From the NCBI GenBank assembly GCA_963826115.1, contig CAWGVS010000012.1, positions 480,001-544,000 on the forward strand: a stretch of DNA of 64,000 bases, in the 5' to 3' direction. Position 1 is the stretch's first letter; each line of letters opens with the position of its first letter. Under the pieces are notes generated by a model. That model ran no database searches and had not been told where the DNA came from. It was given only the letters and a program-made list of their open reading frames with translations. Position numbers and translations under genes: made by a program. This DNA comes from an uncultured Candidatus Rokubacteria bacterium (lineage in GTDB: Bacteria > Methylomirabilota > Methylomirabilia > Rokubacteriales > DASRDR01). Positions 1 through 8,262 of the stretch are shown piece after piece.

Positions 1-1302
1 CGTGAGCCGGCGCCGGACGAGCGCCGCGCCCGTGACCCAGGGCGGCCGCGCGCCCGCGGCGGGCGGGACTGGCGCGGGCCCCGCGGGACCGTCTCGTGCG
101 AGCTCTGCTCCCGGGAACGGTCCCATGAGGGCCGCGTCGGGCCGATGGGTGTCGGGCGCGACGGGCGCGCCGACCCGGTCCGCGCCGACGAGGGCGGCGA
201 GCCGGCCGAGGATCTCGCCGAGCTCGCGCGGGCTCGGCCGGGGCGGGGCGAAGAGGTCCACCTGGAGCGGCGCAAGCGGCGCAGGCTCCGCCTCCACGGC
301 GACCGCGACCACCGGCGCCGGGAGCCGGAGCGGCTCCAGCTCCGCGCGGAGGAGGCGCCCGAGCGTCCGCCCGTCGCGGATCGGCGCGGCAAGCCCGAGC
401 CGGTGCTCGTGCTCTCCGCCGTCCGCCAGCCGGAGGGTCAGGCGCAGCGCGGCCGCGCCGGCTTCGCGGAGGGCGAGCCGCGCCGACAGCCGCGCGAGGA
501 GCCGGTCGAGGACGAAGGCGAGGGCGGGGAGCGCGGGGATCTCCCAGTCGAGCGTGAGGGCCTCGCGGCACGGCTCGACGGGCAGGTGCGGGACGAACGG
601 CCCCGCGTCCGCGCCGCGGGCCTCGGCCTGGAGGCGCACCGCGGCCGGCCCGAGCCGCGCGAGGAGCGCGGCGGTCGGGAGCGCCGCGAGCGCGCCGAGG
701 GTTCCGATCCCCCAGCGCTCGAGCGCGAGCGCGAGCGCCGGCTCGGGATCGAGGAGCCCGAGGGGACGCGGGGCGAGGAACGCCTCCTCGGCGCCAGCCG
801 CGACCACGAGCAGGCCCCCGCCGGCCCGCGCGGCGAGGCGCGCGAGCATCCGCGTCCCGCCGACGCCGACGTGGACCGGCAGCCCGACCGCGTCGCCCGC
901 GTCGGCCAGCCGCTCACCGATCCGCCGCTCGGCGCCGAAGAGGGGGCCGAGCCCGCCGAGGTCGAGGCCGACGCTGCCGGGCTCCTGCACCTCGACGCGC
1001 GGCGAGGTCGCCCACGCGACGTCGAGCAGCGCCCCGGCGGCCGCTTGCTCGGCCGCGGGATCCGCCGAGCGCAGGACGAGATCGGGCACCCGCGTGGCGG
1101 CCTCGGTCGCGCTCATCCCCGGGCGGATCCCGCCGGCGGCCGCGTCGGGCGTGGCCGCGACGACGGTCCGGATCGTCGTGCCCCGGAGCGCGACCACGGC
1201 GCGCCCCCGGAGGACCGGGTCACGCCGCACCAGCGCCGCGGCGGCGAATCCCGGAACCCAGAGGCTCGCGTACCGCGCCGGGGCGCTCGCGAGGTCCGTC
1301 AT
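1..1302 (-). CDS. imuB: ImuB-like Y-family DNA polymerase homolog (3' end runs off the window)
   Basis: Not in the ORF track because no stop lies in the window. Hand translation from ATG 1302: MTDLASAPARYASLWVPGFAAAALVRRDPVLRGRAVVAL...GIRPGMSATEA, a Y-family N-terminus lacking the catalytic D-x-D motif. ATGA overlap with the imuA stop. Confidence 0.85.
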   Translation of the reverse strand, partial: MTDLASAPARYASLWVPGFAAAALVRRDPVLRGRAVVALRGTTIRTVVAATPDAAAGGIRPGMSATEAATRVPDLVLRSADPAAEQAAAGALLDVAWATSPRVEVQEPGSVGLDLGGLGPLFGAERRIGERLADAGDAVGLPVHVGVGGTRMLARLAARAGGGLLVVAAGAEEAFLAPRPLGLLDPEPALALALERWGIGTLGALAALPTAALLARLGPAAVRLQAEARGADAGPFVPHLPVEPCREALTLDWEIPALPALAFVLDRLLARLSARLALREAGAAALRLTLRLADGGEHEHRLGLAAPIRDGRTLGRLLRAELEPLRLPAPVVAVAVEAEPAPLAPLQVDLFAPPRPSPRELGEILGRLAALVGADRVGAPVAPDTHRPDAALMGPFPGAELARDGPAGPAPVPPAAGARPPWVTGAALVRRRLT

Positions 1303-2096
1303 CTGACGACGGGCGCCGCTGTCCGACGCGGCCCCGCGACGGCGCGGCGAGGCGCATCGGGCGCGAGCACGGTCCAGGCCAGGCGCACGGCGGCGCCGGG
1401 CGCTCGCGTCCGCGACCGGACCAGGCGCGCTTCGGTCTCGAGCCCCGCGAGGAGCCCCGGACCACCGGGCGCCCAGTGGACGGCGCGCGGCGCCAGCGCC
1501 ACCGCGACCGCGGCCAGGCTTCCGGCCACGCGCCGCGGCCCCGCCACGACGAGCGCCGTCGCGACGCGCTCCACCGCGCGCTGGAGGCGCACGTAGACGG
1601 CGAGCGGCGTCCGACCGAGGATCCAGGGCGGCAGGTCGCCGAGATCGACCGCGACCAGCTCGAACCCACCGCTCTGGACGAGCACGTCCGCGGCCCGCCA
1701 GGCGACGGCGGGCTCGCCGCCGCAGCGGATCCAGAGCAGACGACCGAGCGGGACGCCGAGGGCCGCGGCCGAGTCGGGATCGAGGCTGTCCGTGCCGTCG
1801 ACCAGCGCGGCCCAGCCGCCGCCCCCTATGGCGCCCGCGAGCGCGCCGAGGAGCACCCGGGTCCGCCCCGAGGTGCGCGGCCCGACCAGCTCCCCGAGCT
1901 GGCCGCGCGGAAAGCCGCCCTCGAGGAGCGCATCGAGCGGGGGGAGGCCCGTCGGAATGCTTGGCGCGCGCGGCGCGCGGAGGTCCGGCCGGACGAGGGT
2001 GGCGCCCAGGAGAGCGTCGGCCGGCGCCGGCACGGGGTGCCGGGACGTCCGAGCCCGCCACCGCGGGAAGTCCACGGCCAGCGACACGGGTTCCAT
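1299..2096 (-). CDS. imuA: ImuA / RecA-like mutasome protein
   Basis: IPTGLPPLDALLEGGFPRGQLGELVGPRTSGRT (RecA-like, degenerate Walker A), ALVDGTDSLDP...GVPLGRLLWIRC; translationally coupled to imuB. Confidence 0.85.
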   Translation of the reverse strand: MEPVSLAVDFPRWRARTSRHPVPAPADALLGATLVRPDLRAPRAPSIPTGLPPLDALLEGGFPRGQLGELVGPRTSGRTRVLLGALAGAIGGGGWAALVDGTDSLDPDSAAALGVPLGRLLWIRCGGEPAVAWRAADVLVQSGGFELVAVDLGDLPPWILGRTPLAVYVRLQRAVERVATALVVAGPRRVAGSLAAVAVALAPRAVHWAPGGPGLLAGLETEARLVRSRTRAPGAAVRLAWTVLAPDAPRRAVAGPRRTAAPVVR

Positions 2097-2128
2097 GGGG
2101 CAGGCGACGGTGCAGCGTCGCGATGACT

Positions 2129-2159
2129 ACTAAACATGAGTTGTGTTATCTGGACAACT
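2129..2159 (-). promoter_or_regulatory. Putative imuA promoter overlapped by palindromic operators
   Basis: AT-rich patch. Minus strand reads TTGTCC-N17-TTTAGT. Palindromes AACA-N7-TGTT (2133-2147) and AGTTGT-N9-ACAACT (2139-2159). Confidence 0.5.
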
Positions 2160-2224
2160 ACAGCATGTGGGGGCGTATCCCCGGGAGGAGCCCCCGGGGA
2201 TGGGGGCCGCGGACCGCGGGGCCG

Positions 2225-2860
2225 CTACAGGAGCGTGACCGGATCGCCCACGCGGATGACGCCCTCCGTCTCGACCGCGCAGTCGAGGGCCATCGTGCCG
2301 CCGAACTGCCGCACGATCCGGCGCAGCACGCCCGGATCCTGCACCTGCGTGTCGGGGTCGTAGGTCGTCATCACGCAGCGCGCGCGGAGCTGGGCGACGG
2401 CGATCTCCACCGCGCCGATCCGGAGCCGCCGCCCCGGCCACTCGCGCTCGCCGAGCCCCTCCACGCCGCCCACGACGACGTTGGGCCGGAGCCGCCGCCC
2501 GTCCACTCCGAGCGCGGCGATCGCGCCGTCCGTCGCGACCAGCAGCGGGAGGATGTCGAACCGCTCCTCCCCGGTGAAGCGCTCGAGCCGGGCCTTCCAG
2601 CCGACCGCCTGCGCGATCGCGGCCGCGGCCTCCGCCGACGCCCACGGCCAGCCGTCCACGCGCGGCTCGCCGTCCTCGCCAAGGGTGCCGCGATGACCGA
2701 GCAGATCCGGGTGCTTCCGCGCGGTGACCACGTGGCCGCGCGCGTCGTACACCTGGACCAGCCGGTCCCCGACGATCCCGTCGCGCCGGACCTCCGCCTC
2801 CGTGAGCCGCTCCCCGGCCAGCGACTTCACGGGATACCGCCACAGCTCGGCGACGTGCAT
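2225..2860 (-). CDS. MOSC domain protein (MOSC_N + MOSC)
   Basis: MHVAELWRYPVKSLAGERL, GDR, RRLRPNVVV, RCVMTT motifs; start re-called to ATG 2860, overlapping the upstream stop. Confidence 0.9.
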   Translation of the reverse strand: MHVAELWRYPVKSLAGERLTEAEVRRDGIVGDRLVQVYDARGHVVTARKHPDLLGHRGTLGEDGEPRVDGWPWASAEAAAAIAQAVGWKARLERFTGEERFDILPLLVATDGAIAALGVDGRRLRPNVVVGGVEGLGEREWPGRRLRIGAVEIAVAQLRARCVMTTYDPDTQVQDPGVLRRIVRQFGGTMALDCAVETEGVIRVGDPVTLL

Positions 2861-3111
2861 CACGCGTCTCCCGACGCGCGCCGCGCGGCCAGGAAGCGGC
2901 GGAGGGAGAGCGCCAGGTCCGCCGGCAGCGCTTCCACGGTGGCGGCCCGCAGGATCCCGGGCGTCCGCTTGTAGCTCTCGATGAACGCGACGCACCGGGG
3001 ACACCCGGTCACGTGCGCCTCGATGGCCTCGCGCTCCGACGCCCCGAGCGTGCCCTCGAGGTACTCCATCAGCATCTCGACCCCGTCCCGGCACGTGAGA
3101 TCCGGCATCAC
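2860..3111 (-). CDS. Zinc-finger (zf-HC2/ZAS) anti-sigma factor
   Basis: LTCRD...YLEGTL...AHVTGCPRC (HxxxCxxC); directly follows the ECF sigma gene. Confidence 0.9.
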   Translation of the reverse strand: MMPDLTCRDGVEMLMEYLEGTLGASEREAIEAHVTGCPRCVAFIESYKRTPGILRAATVEALPADLALSLRRFLAARRASGDA

Positions 3112-3713
3112 GTCCTCGCTCCCACGAGATGCGACAGGTAGCCCCGCAGCATCAAGCGCGCCCGATGCACTCGCTGGCGCACCGCGGCGGCCTCGATGCC
3201 GAGGAGGCTCGCCACCTCGCTCGTGTCCAGCTCCTCGAGGTCGCGGAGCACGAAGGCCTCGCGGTAGAGGTCCGGCAGCCGCGCGAGGGCGGCCCGCGCC
3301 TCCGCCGCCAGGCGCTTCTCGTCCAGGAGGTCGTCGGCCCGGCTCGCCACCCCGAGCTCCGCCGCCCCCGGCACATGCTGCCCGTTCTCGTCGAACTGCG
3401 GCAAGTACGCCTCCAGCGATTCGGTCGGACGCCGCCGGCGCGCCCGCTGGTGCATCAGGGCGGCGTTCGTCGCGATCCGATAGAGCCAGGTGGAGAAGCG
3501 CGCCGCGCCGCGGAAGGACGCGAGGCCCCGGTAGGCCGCCAGGAAGGCTTCCTGGAGCACGTCCCGCGCGTCCGCGTCGCTTCCGGTGAGCCGGTAGGCG
3601 AGTCGATAGACCCGCGCCTCGTGCCGGCCCACGAGGGCCTCGAAGGCGTCGGCATCGCCCGCCGCGGCGCGCGCGGCGAGCTCCTCGTCCGAGATCGCCG
3701 CGACGGGGGTCAC
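3108..3713 (-). CDS. ECF-subfamily sigma-70 factor
   Basis: DEELAARAAAGDADAFEALV, DVLQEAFL, FSTWLYRIATN (region 2), AVRQRVHRARLMLR (region 4); this is the C-terminal part of the 3108..6278 track ORF; GTG start inferred. Confidence 0.92.
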   Translation of the reverse strand: MTPVAAISDEELAARAAAGDADAFEALVGRHEARVYRLAYRLTGSDADARDVLQEAFLAAYRGLASFRGAARFSTWLYRIATNAALMHQRARRRRPTESLEAYLPQFDENGQHVPGAAELGVASRADDLLDEKRLAAEARAALARLPDLYREAFVLRDLEELDTSEVASLLGIEAAAVRQRVHRARLMLRGYLSHLVGART

Positions 3714-3730
3714 CGGGGCGTCGGCCCCGC

Positions 3731-3907
3731 CTAGCGCGTCCGGATCGCCGCCTTCACCTCGGCCGCGAGCTTGGGCGTGATCTCCTTCACGCCGTGGTCC
3801 TCGGCCGCGTGCGTCTGGACCGCCGCGAGAAGCTCCTCCTCGGTCGCGGCCTCGGCGGTGAACTGGCACCCCTGGACCACGTCGCCGCAGGCGATGTGCT
3901 GGGTCAT
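3731..3907 (-). CDS. DUF1059-family small predicted metal-binding protein
   Basis: MTQHIACGDVVQGCQFTAEAATEEELLAAVQTHAAEDHG (Cys, Cys, His, His pattern); strong SD AAGGAGG. Confidence 0.85.
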   Translation of the reverse strand: MTQHIACGDVVQGCQFTAEAATEEELLAAVQTHAAEDHGVKEITPKLAAEVKAAIRTR

Positions 3908-3950
3908 CTCGGTCCTCCTTTGCGGGCCTTCGGGCCCGTCCCACCTTCTT

Positions 3951-3977
3951 GGATGCTCGGGCGGGCCCCGTGTGACA
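3951..3977 (-). promoter_or_regulatory. Candidate ECF-type promoter
   Basis: Minus strand TGTCACA-N15-CATC about 45 nt upstream of the DUF1059 start; resembles TGTCACA/CGTC-type ECF promoters. Confidence 0.45.
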
Positions 3978-4008
3978 GGCCGCGGAGCCGCCGGGCCCGG
4001 GGCCCGCC

Positions 4009-4239
4009 TCAGGGTGGCGGGTCGATCCCCCCGCGCGCGTAGGGATGACAGCGGCAGAACCGCCAGAGCGCGAGCCGGCCGCCCCGGACGAGCCCGTGCC
4101 GGAGGAGCGCCAGCCGGGCGTACTCGGAGCAGGTGGGCCAGAACCGGCACGCCCCGGGCAAGAGCGGCGAGAGCCATCGCTGGTAGCCGGCCACGACGGC
4201 AAGCGCCGCGCGCGTCGGCCAGCCCGGGCCCGCGTCCAT
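4009..4239 (-). CDS. yidD: Membrane protein insertion efficiency factor YidD
   Basis: YQRWLSPLLPGACRFWPTCSEYA...RCHPYARGGIDP signature. Confidence 0.92.
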   Translation of the reverse strand: MDAGPGWPTRAALAVVAGYQRWLSPLLPGACRFWPTCSEYARLALLRHGLVRGGRLALWRFCRCHPYARGGIDPPP

Positions 4240-4273
4240 CGCCGGCCCCCTCGTCCCGCGCGCCCCGCCCGGC

Positions 4274-5224
4274 TCAGCCGTGCGGCCGGTCCTCGAGCGG
4301 GAGCCCCATCACCTGGAGCAGCCGATCCATGAGCGCCTGCGTGCGCACCGCGTCGGCGCCCGACGTCCGCGGCTCGGCGCGCGTCCCGACGCACTCGACG
4401 AAGTGCTCGAGCTCCTGCCGGAACCCGAGTTTGTCGGCCACGTGGGCCCAGCCCATGTGGAGAGGCGTCATCTCCGTCACGCGGGCCTGCCCGTCCTGGC
4501 CGAGGCTCACGCGGTCCGGCGCCTCGACCACCGCCGAGCGGCCATGGCCGAAGACCTCGAGCCGCTCCACCCAGTGCGAGCTGGAGCGATTGGCGAGCAC
4601 CACCGCCAGGGCGCCCGAATCGAAGCGGAGCGTGGCCGCCGCCGTCGTCTCGCGGTAGGGATCCGTGAAGACCGCCCCGCCGTGGACGTCCACCGCCTCG
4701 CCGCAGAACCAGCGCAGGAGATCCACCATGTGGATCGCGTTCTCGAGCGTCGCCCGGTACTCGGTGCCCGGCCGGTTCTTGAGCGCGAGGCAGGCCTCGG
4801 GCCGGTGGACCCGGAACGCCTCGTGCGCCGCGACGTACACGGGCGCGTAGCGGCGGTTGAAGCCGACCATGAGCACTCGCGCGGTCCGGGCCGCCAGGAC
4901 CACCAGGGCCTCCGCCTCCGGCACGGTCGTCGCCAGCGGCTTCTCGCAGAAGACGTCGACCCCGGCCTCGAGCAGGCGACGCACCACCGCGTGATGAGTC
5001 TGCTTGGGCGTCAGGACCAGCGCCGCGTCCGGGCGCGCGGCGGCGAGGAGCGCGTCGAGGGACGCGAACCCCGGGCCGAACCCGGTCTCCGCGAGGGCCC
5101 GCGCGAGCGCCGCCGGCGCCGGGTCCACCAGCCCCACCACCTCCACGCCCGGCACGCGACGGAGGAGCGGGAGATGGACCTCGCGCGCCACGTAGCCGAG
5201 CCCCAGCACGGCGAGTCGCAGCAT
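4274..5224 (-). CDS. Gfo/Idh/MocA family oxidoreductase
   Basis: LAVLGLGYVA Rossmann motif, VFCEKPLA, MVGFNRRYAP. Confidence 0.92.
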   Translation of the reverse strand: MLRLAVLGLGYVAREVHLPLLRRVPGVEVVGLVDPAPAALARALAETGFGPGFASLDALLAAARPDAALVLTPKQTHHAVVRRLLEAGVDVFCEKPLATTVPEAEALVVLAARTARVLMVGFNRRYAPVYVAAHEAFRVHRPEACLALKNRPGTEYRATLENAIHMVDLLRWFCGEAVDVHGGAVFTDPYRETTAAATLRFDSGALAVVLANRSSSHWVERLEVFGHGRSAVVEAPDRVSLGQDGQARVTEMTPLHMGWAHVADKLGFRQELEHFVECVGTRAEPRTSGADAVRTQALMDRLLQVMGLPLEDRPHG

Positions 5225-5233
5225 CCGTCCGCC

Positions 5234-6346
5234 CTACCCGGTCGTGAACACGGCGGCCGGCGCGCCGGCGAGCGGGTGACGGAGCGCGGCCGCGGTCGGG
5301 CGCCCGCCGAGCCCGGGGCCCGCGGGCGGCGCGAGCCAGCCGGCTTCGGGGCGGATCGGCGTCTCGAGGAGCGGCGTGGCGAGCTCGCCCATCGGCCACT
5401 CGACCCACGGCATGCCCGGCGTCGACGCCGCCAGGTGAAGCGCCGCGGCGAGCCCCGGGCCGAAGTAGAAGGAGTGCGGCACGACCGCGACGCTCCGCGC
5501 CGCCGCCAGCGCCACGATCTTCTTGGCCTCGCCGAGCCCGCCGACCTTCGTCGGGCTGGGCTGGAGGATGTCCGCGGCGCCGGCCCGCAGCATCGCGTCG
5601 AACCCGATCGCGGTCGCCTCGTTCTCCCCGGCGGCGACGGGCGTCTCGAGCGCGGCCGCGACCGCGGCGAGCCCCTGATAGTCCTCGGGCGGCCAGACCG
5701 GCTCCTCGAGCCACGCGAGGTCGTAGCGGGCCAGCGCCCGCCCCATGCGGATCGCCTCCGCGGGCGTCCACGGGCAGTTGACGTCGAGCATGAGCGCCAC
5801 GGTCGGCCCCACCGCCTCGCGCGCCGCGGCCACCGACGCCTCGTCCGTCTGGTGGAGCTTCACGCCCCGGAATCCCTGTCGGACCGCCGCGGCCGCGGCC
5901 CGCGCCACGTCGGCCGGCCGGTCGAACCGCGCGAGGCTCGCGTAGGCCCGGAGCCGCGGCTGCGCGAGCCCGCCGAGGAGCTCGTACACCGGCACGCCGC
6001 GCGCCTGCCCGGCGAGATCCCAGAGGGCGAGCTCGACCCCGCTGATCGCGAACATGCCGAGCCCCCGGCGCCCGAAGAGGAGCGTCCCCCGGTGCATCCG
6101 GTCGACCAGCCCTTCGAGGTCGGTCGCGGACTCGCCGACCACCAGCGGCCCGAGCGCGTCGCGCACGACGGCGGCCACGGCCGCGGGCGCCCCGAGCGCG
6201 AAGGCCTCGCCCCAGCCGACGAGCCCCGCGTCCGTGGTCACCCGCACCAGCACCTGCTTGCCGAGCCGCGCCGTCCACGGGGACGGCGGCTCCGTCGGCT
6301 TCCAGGGAATGCCGAGCGGGATCGCGTCGACGGCCGAGATCTTCAC
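5234..6346 (-). CDS. Mandelate racemase / muconate lactonizing enzyme family (enolase superfamily)
   Basis: TDAGLVGWGE, SGVELALWDLAG, LMLDVN, WLEEP, AAGENE. Confidence 0.92.
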   Translation of the reverse strand: MKISAVDAIPLGIPWKPTEPPSPWTARLGKQVLVRVTTDAGLVGWGEAFALGAPAAVAAVVRDALGPLVVGESATDLEGLVDRMHRGTLLFGRRGLGMFAISGVELALWDLAGQARGVPVYELLGGLAQPRLRAYASLARFDRPADVARAAAAAVRQGFRGVKLHQTDEASVAAAREAVGPTVALMLDVNCPWTPAEAIRMGRALARYDLAWLEEPVWPPEDYQGLAAVAAALETPVAAGENEATAIGFDAMLRAGAADILQPSPTKVGGLGEAKKIVALAAARSVAVVPHSFYFGPGLAAALHLAASTPGMPWVEWPMGELATPLLETPIRPEAGWLAPPAGPGLGGRPTAAALRHPLAGAPAAVFTTG

Positions 6347-6407
6347 GCCCGGGCTCCGCGCCGGGGCGTGCGCGGCCGGGCCGGGGCGGGCCGGAGCGCG
6401 GCCAGGC

Positions 6408-6809
6408 CTAGCGCCCCTGGCGGAGGAGGTCCCGGATCTCGGTGAGGAGCCGTTCCGTCGGCGAGGGGCCCGCGGGCGCCGGGGCCGGCTCCTCCCGCTT
6501 CATGCGGTTCACCGCCTTGACCACCATGAAGATGACGAAGGCGATGACGAGGAAGTCCACGATCGCCTGGATGAACTTCCCGATCCCCAGCACGACCGCC
6601 GGCTTGTCGCCCATGGCCGGCTTGAGGACCCAGCCGATCTGGGAGAAGTCCACTCCGCCGAGGAGGACGCCGACGGGCGGCATGATGACGTCGCCGACCA
6701 GCGAGGAAACGATCTTGCCGAACGCCGCGCCGATGACGACCCCGACCGCGAGGTCGAGGACGTTGCCGCGCATCACGAACTCCCTGAACTCCTTGCCCAT
6801 CCCGCTCAT
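6408..6809 (-). CDS. mscL: Large-conductance mechanosensitive channel
   Basis: [33 protein letters not shown]...LLTEIRDLL. Confidence 0.97.
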   Translation of the reverse strand: MSGMGKEFREFVMRGNVLDLAVGVVIGAAFGKIVSSLVGDVIMPPVGVLLGGVDFSQIGWVLKPAMGDKPAVVLGIGKFIQAIVDFLVIAFVIFMVVKAVNRMKREEPAPAPAGPSPTERLLTEIRDLLRQGR

Positions 6810-6991
6810 GCCCGCCCCCCCGCTCGTGCGAGCGCCCGGAGTGGATCGCGGCGTCGCGGCCGCCGGCCGACGGCGGCCTCTCCGGGATGATGCCCGGCCG
6901 TCGCCATGGTGACAAGGGCGTCTCGACCGGGCACCGCGGGCCCCGGCATGCTACCCTCGCCCGAACCGCCGCACGGCGGCAGGGAGGTTCC

Positions 6992-7990
6992 ATGCGCGCG
7001 CTGAGCCCAGGAAAACTCCGCGGGATGCGGCAGATCGCCGGTCCCCGCGGCATCATCACGGTGACGGCGATCGACCACCGCGGGTCGCTCGAGGCGATGC
7101 TGAAGCGCGCGCTGCCGGGTCGCGCGATCGGCTTCGCCGAGATGGCGGGCGAGAAGCTCCGGATCGCGCGGGCGCTCGCGCCCCTGTCGACGGCGGTGCT
7201 GCTCGACCCGCTCCACGGCGGCCACATCCTGTCCCACGACGCGGTCCCCGGCCCGGTGGGCCTCATCATGTGCCTCGAGGAGTTCGGCTACGAGGGGGTG
7301 GCCGAGGGGCGGCTGACCGCGATCATCCCCGGATGGAGCGTCGCGAAGATCAAGCGGATGGGCGCGGTCGGGGTGAAGGTGCTGCTCTTCTACCACCCGG
7401 AGGCGCCGGTGGCCGCCCAGCAGGAGGCGTTCGTCGAGCGCGTGGCCGAGGACTGCCGGCGCCACGACATCGCGTTGCTCCTCGAGCCGATGTCCTACCC
7501 GATCCGGCCGGGCGTCCAGAAAGAAAGCGCCGAGTTCGCGCGCGAGAAGCCGGCGATCGTGGTCGAGTCGGCGCGGCGGCTCGGGCCGCTCGGCGTGGAC
7601 CTCCTCAAGGCGGAGTTTCCCGCGGACCCGCGGTTCGAGACGGACGAGGGTCGGCTCCGCGCCCATTGCCGGGCGCTCACCGCGGCGTCGCCGACGCCGT
7701 GGGTCCTCCTGTCGGCGGGCGAGACGTTCGACGTCTTCCAGCGCCTCACCGGCATCGCTTGCCAGGAGGGCGCCTCGGGCTTCATGGTCGGCCGGGCGAT
7801 CTGGCAGGAGGCGATGAGCCTGACCGACCCGGCCGAGCGGGAGCGCTTTCTCGCGACGACCGGCGCGAGCCGCCTCCGAATCCTCACCGCGCTCGCCGAC
7901 GCGTACGCGACGCCGTGGACCGCCCGCTTCGACGACGCCGCGCGCGGCGCCGCCACCGAGGAAGGATGGCACGCCCGGTACGAGGCGTGA
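6992..7990 (+). CDS. Class I LacD-type aldolase (tagatose-1,6-bisphosphate or sulfofructose-phosphate aldolase family)
   Basis: AIDHRGSL, STAVLLDP, VKVLLFYHP, VDLLKAEFP, PWVLLSAG, GASGFMVGRAIW; SD GGGAGG before ATG 6992. Confidence 0.88.
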   Translation: MRALSPGKLRGMRQIAGPRGIITVTAIDHRGSLEAMLKRALPGRAIGFAEMAGEKLRIARALAPLSTAVLLDPLHGGHILSHDAVPGPVGLIMCLEEFGYEGVAEGRLTAIIPGWSVAKIKRMGAVGVKVLLFYHPEAPVAAQQEAFVERVAEDCRRHDIALLLEPMSYPIRPGVQKESAEFAREKPAIVVESARRLGPLGVDLLKAEFPADPRFETDEGRLRAHCRALTAASPTPWVLLSAGETFDVFQRLTGIACQEGASGFMVGRAIWQEAMSLTDPAERERFLATTGASRLRILTALADAYATPWTARFDDAARGAATEEGWHARYEA

Positions 7991-8262
7991 CGTCAGACTG
8001 CCCGCTCGATGACGAGGACCGCCGCTAGGGCGGGACCCGCTGTTGGCCCCCCAACGCCCACGGGCCCTCGTAGAGGGCACCGGACGCCGCGTGGAGCGAC
8101 GGGGCCTGTCCTGCCGCCGGTTGCGAAAGCCTCCTAGGCTCTGGAGCCCGCAGACCCGGCGTCAAGTTTGACACCGACTTCCGCATCGTGCTCCAGTGAG
8201 CTCACAATGGGCGTCGCCGCCGACTTGCGGCCGTCGCGGCCCCGCAGCGACGCGATTCGCCG

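Noticed and set aside
2-1596. Plus-strand ORFs 2..1306 and 145..1596
   Set aside because: Arg/Ala/Pro-rich antisense shadows of imuB and imuA; the real gene is on the minus strand and missing from the track
3108-6278. 1056-aa ORF ending in a sigma factor, as a possible giant fusion
   Set aside because: Only the last ~201 aa are protein-like; the rest is an off-frame read over four other genes, open because stops are rare at high GC
8000-8135. Possible hammerhead ribozyme (ATGACGAG ... CGAAA)
   Set aside because: Core needs CUGANGA but the sequence has AUGACGA, and I could not build the three flanking stems
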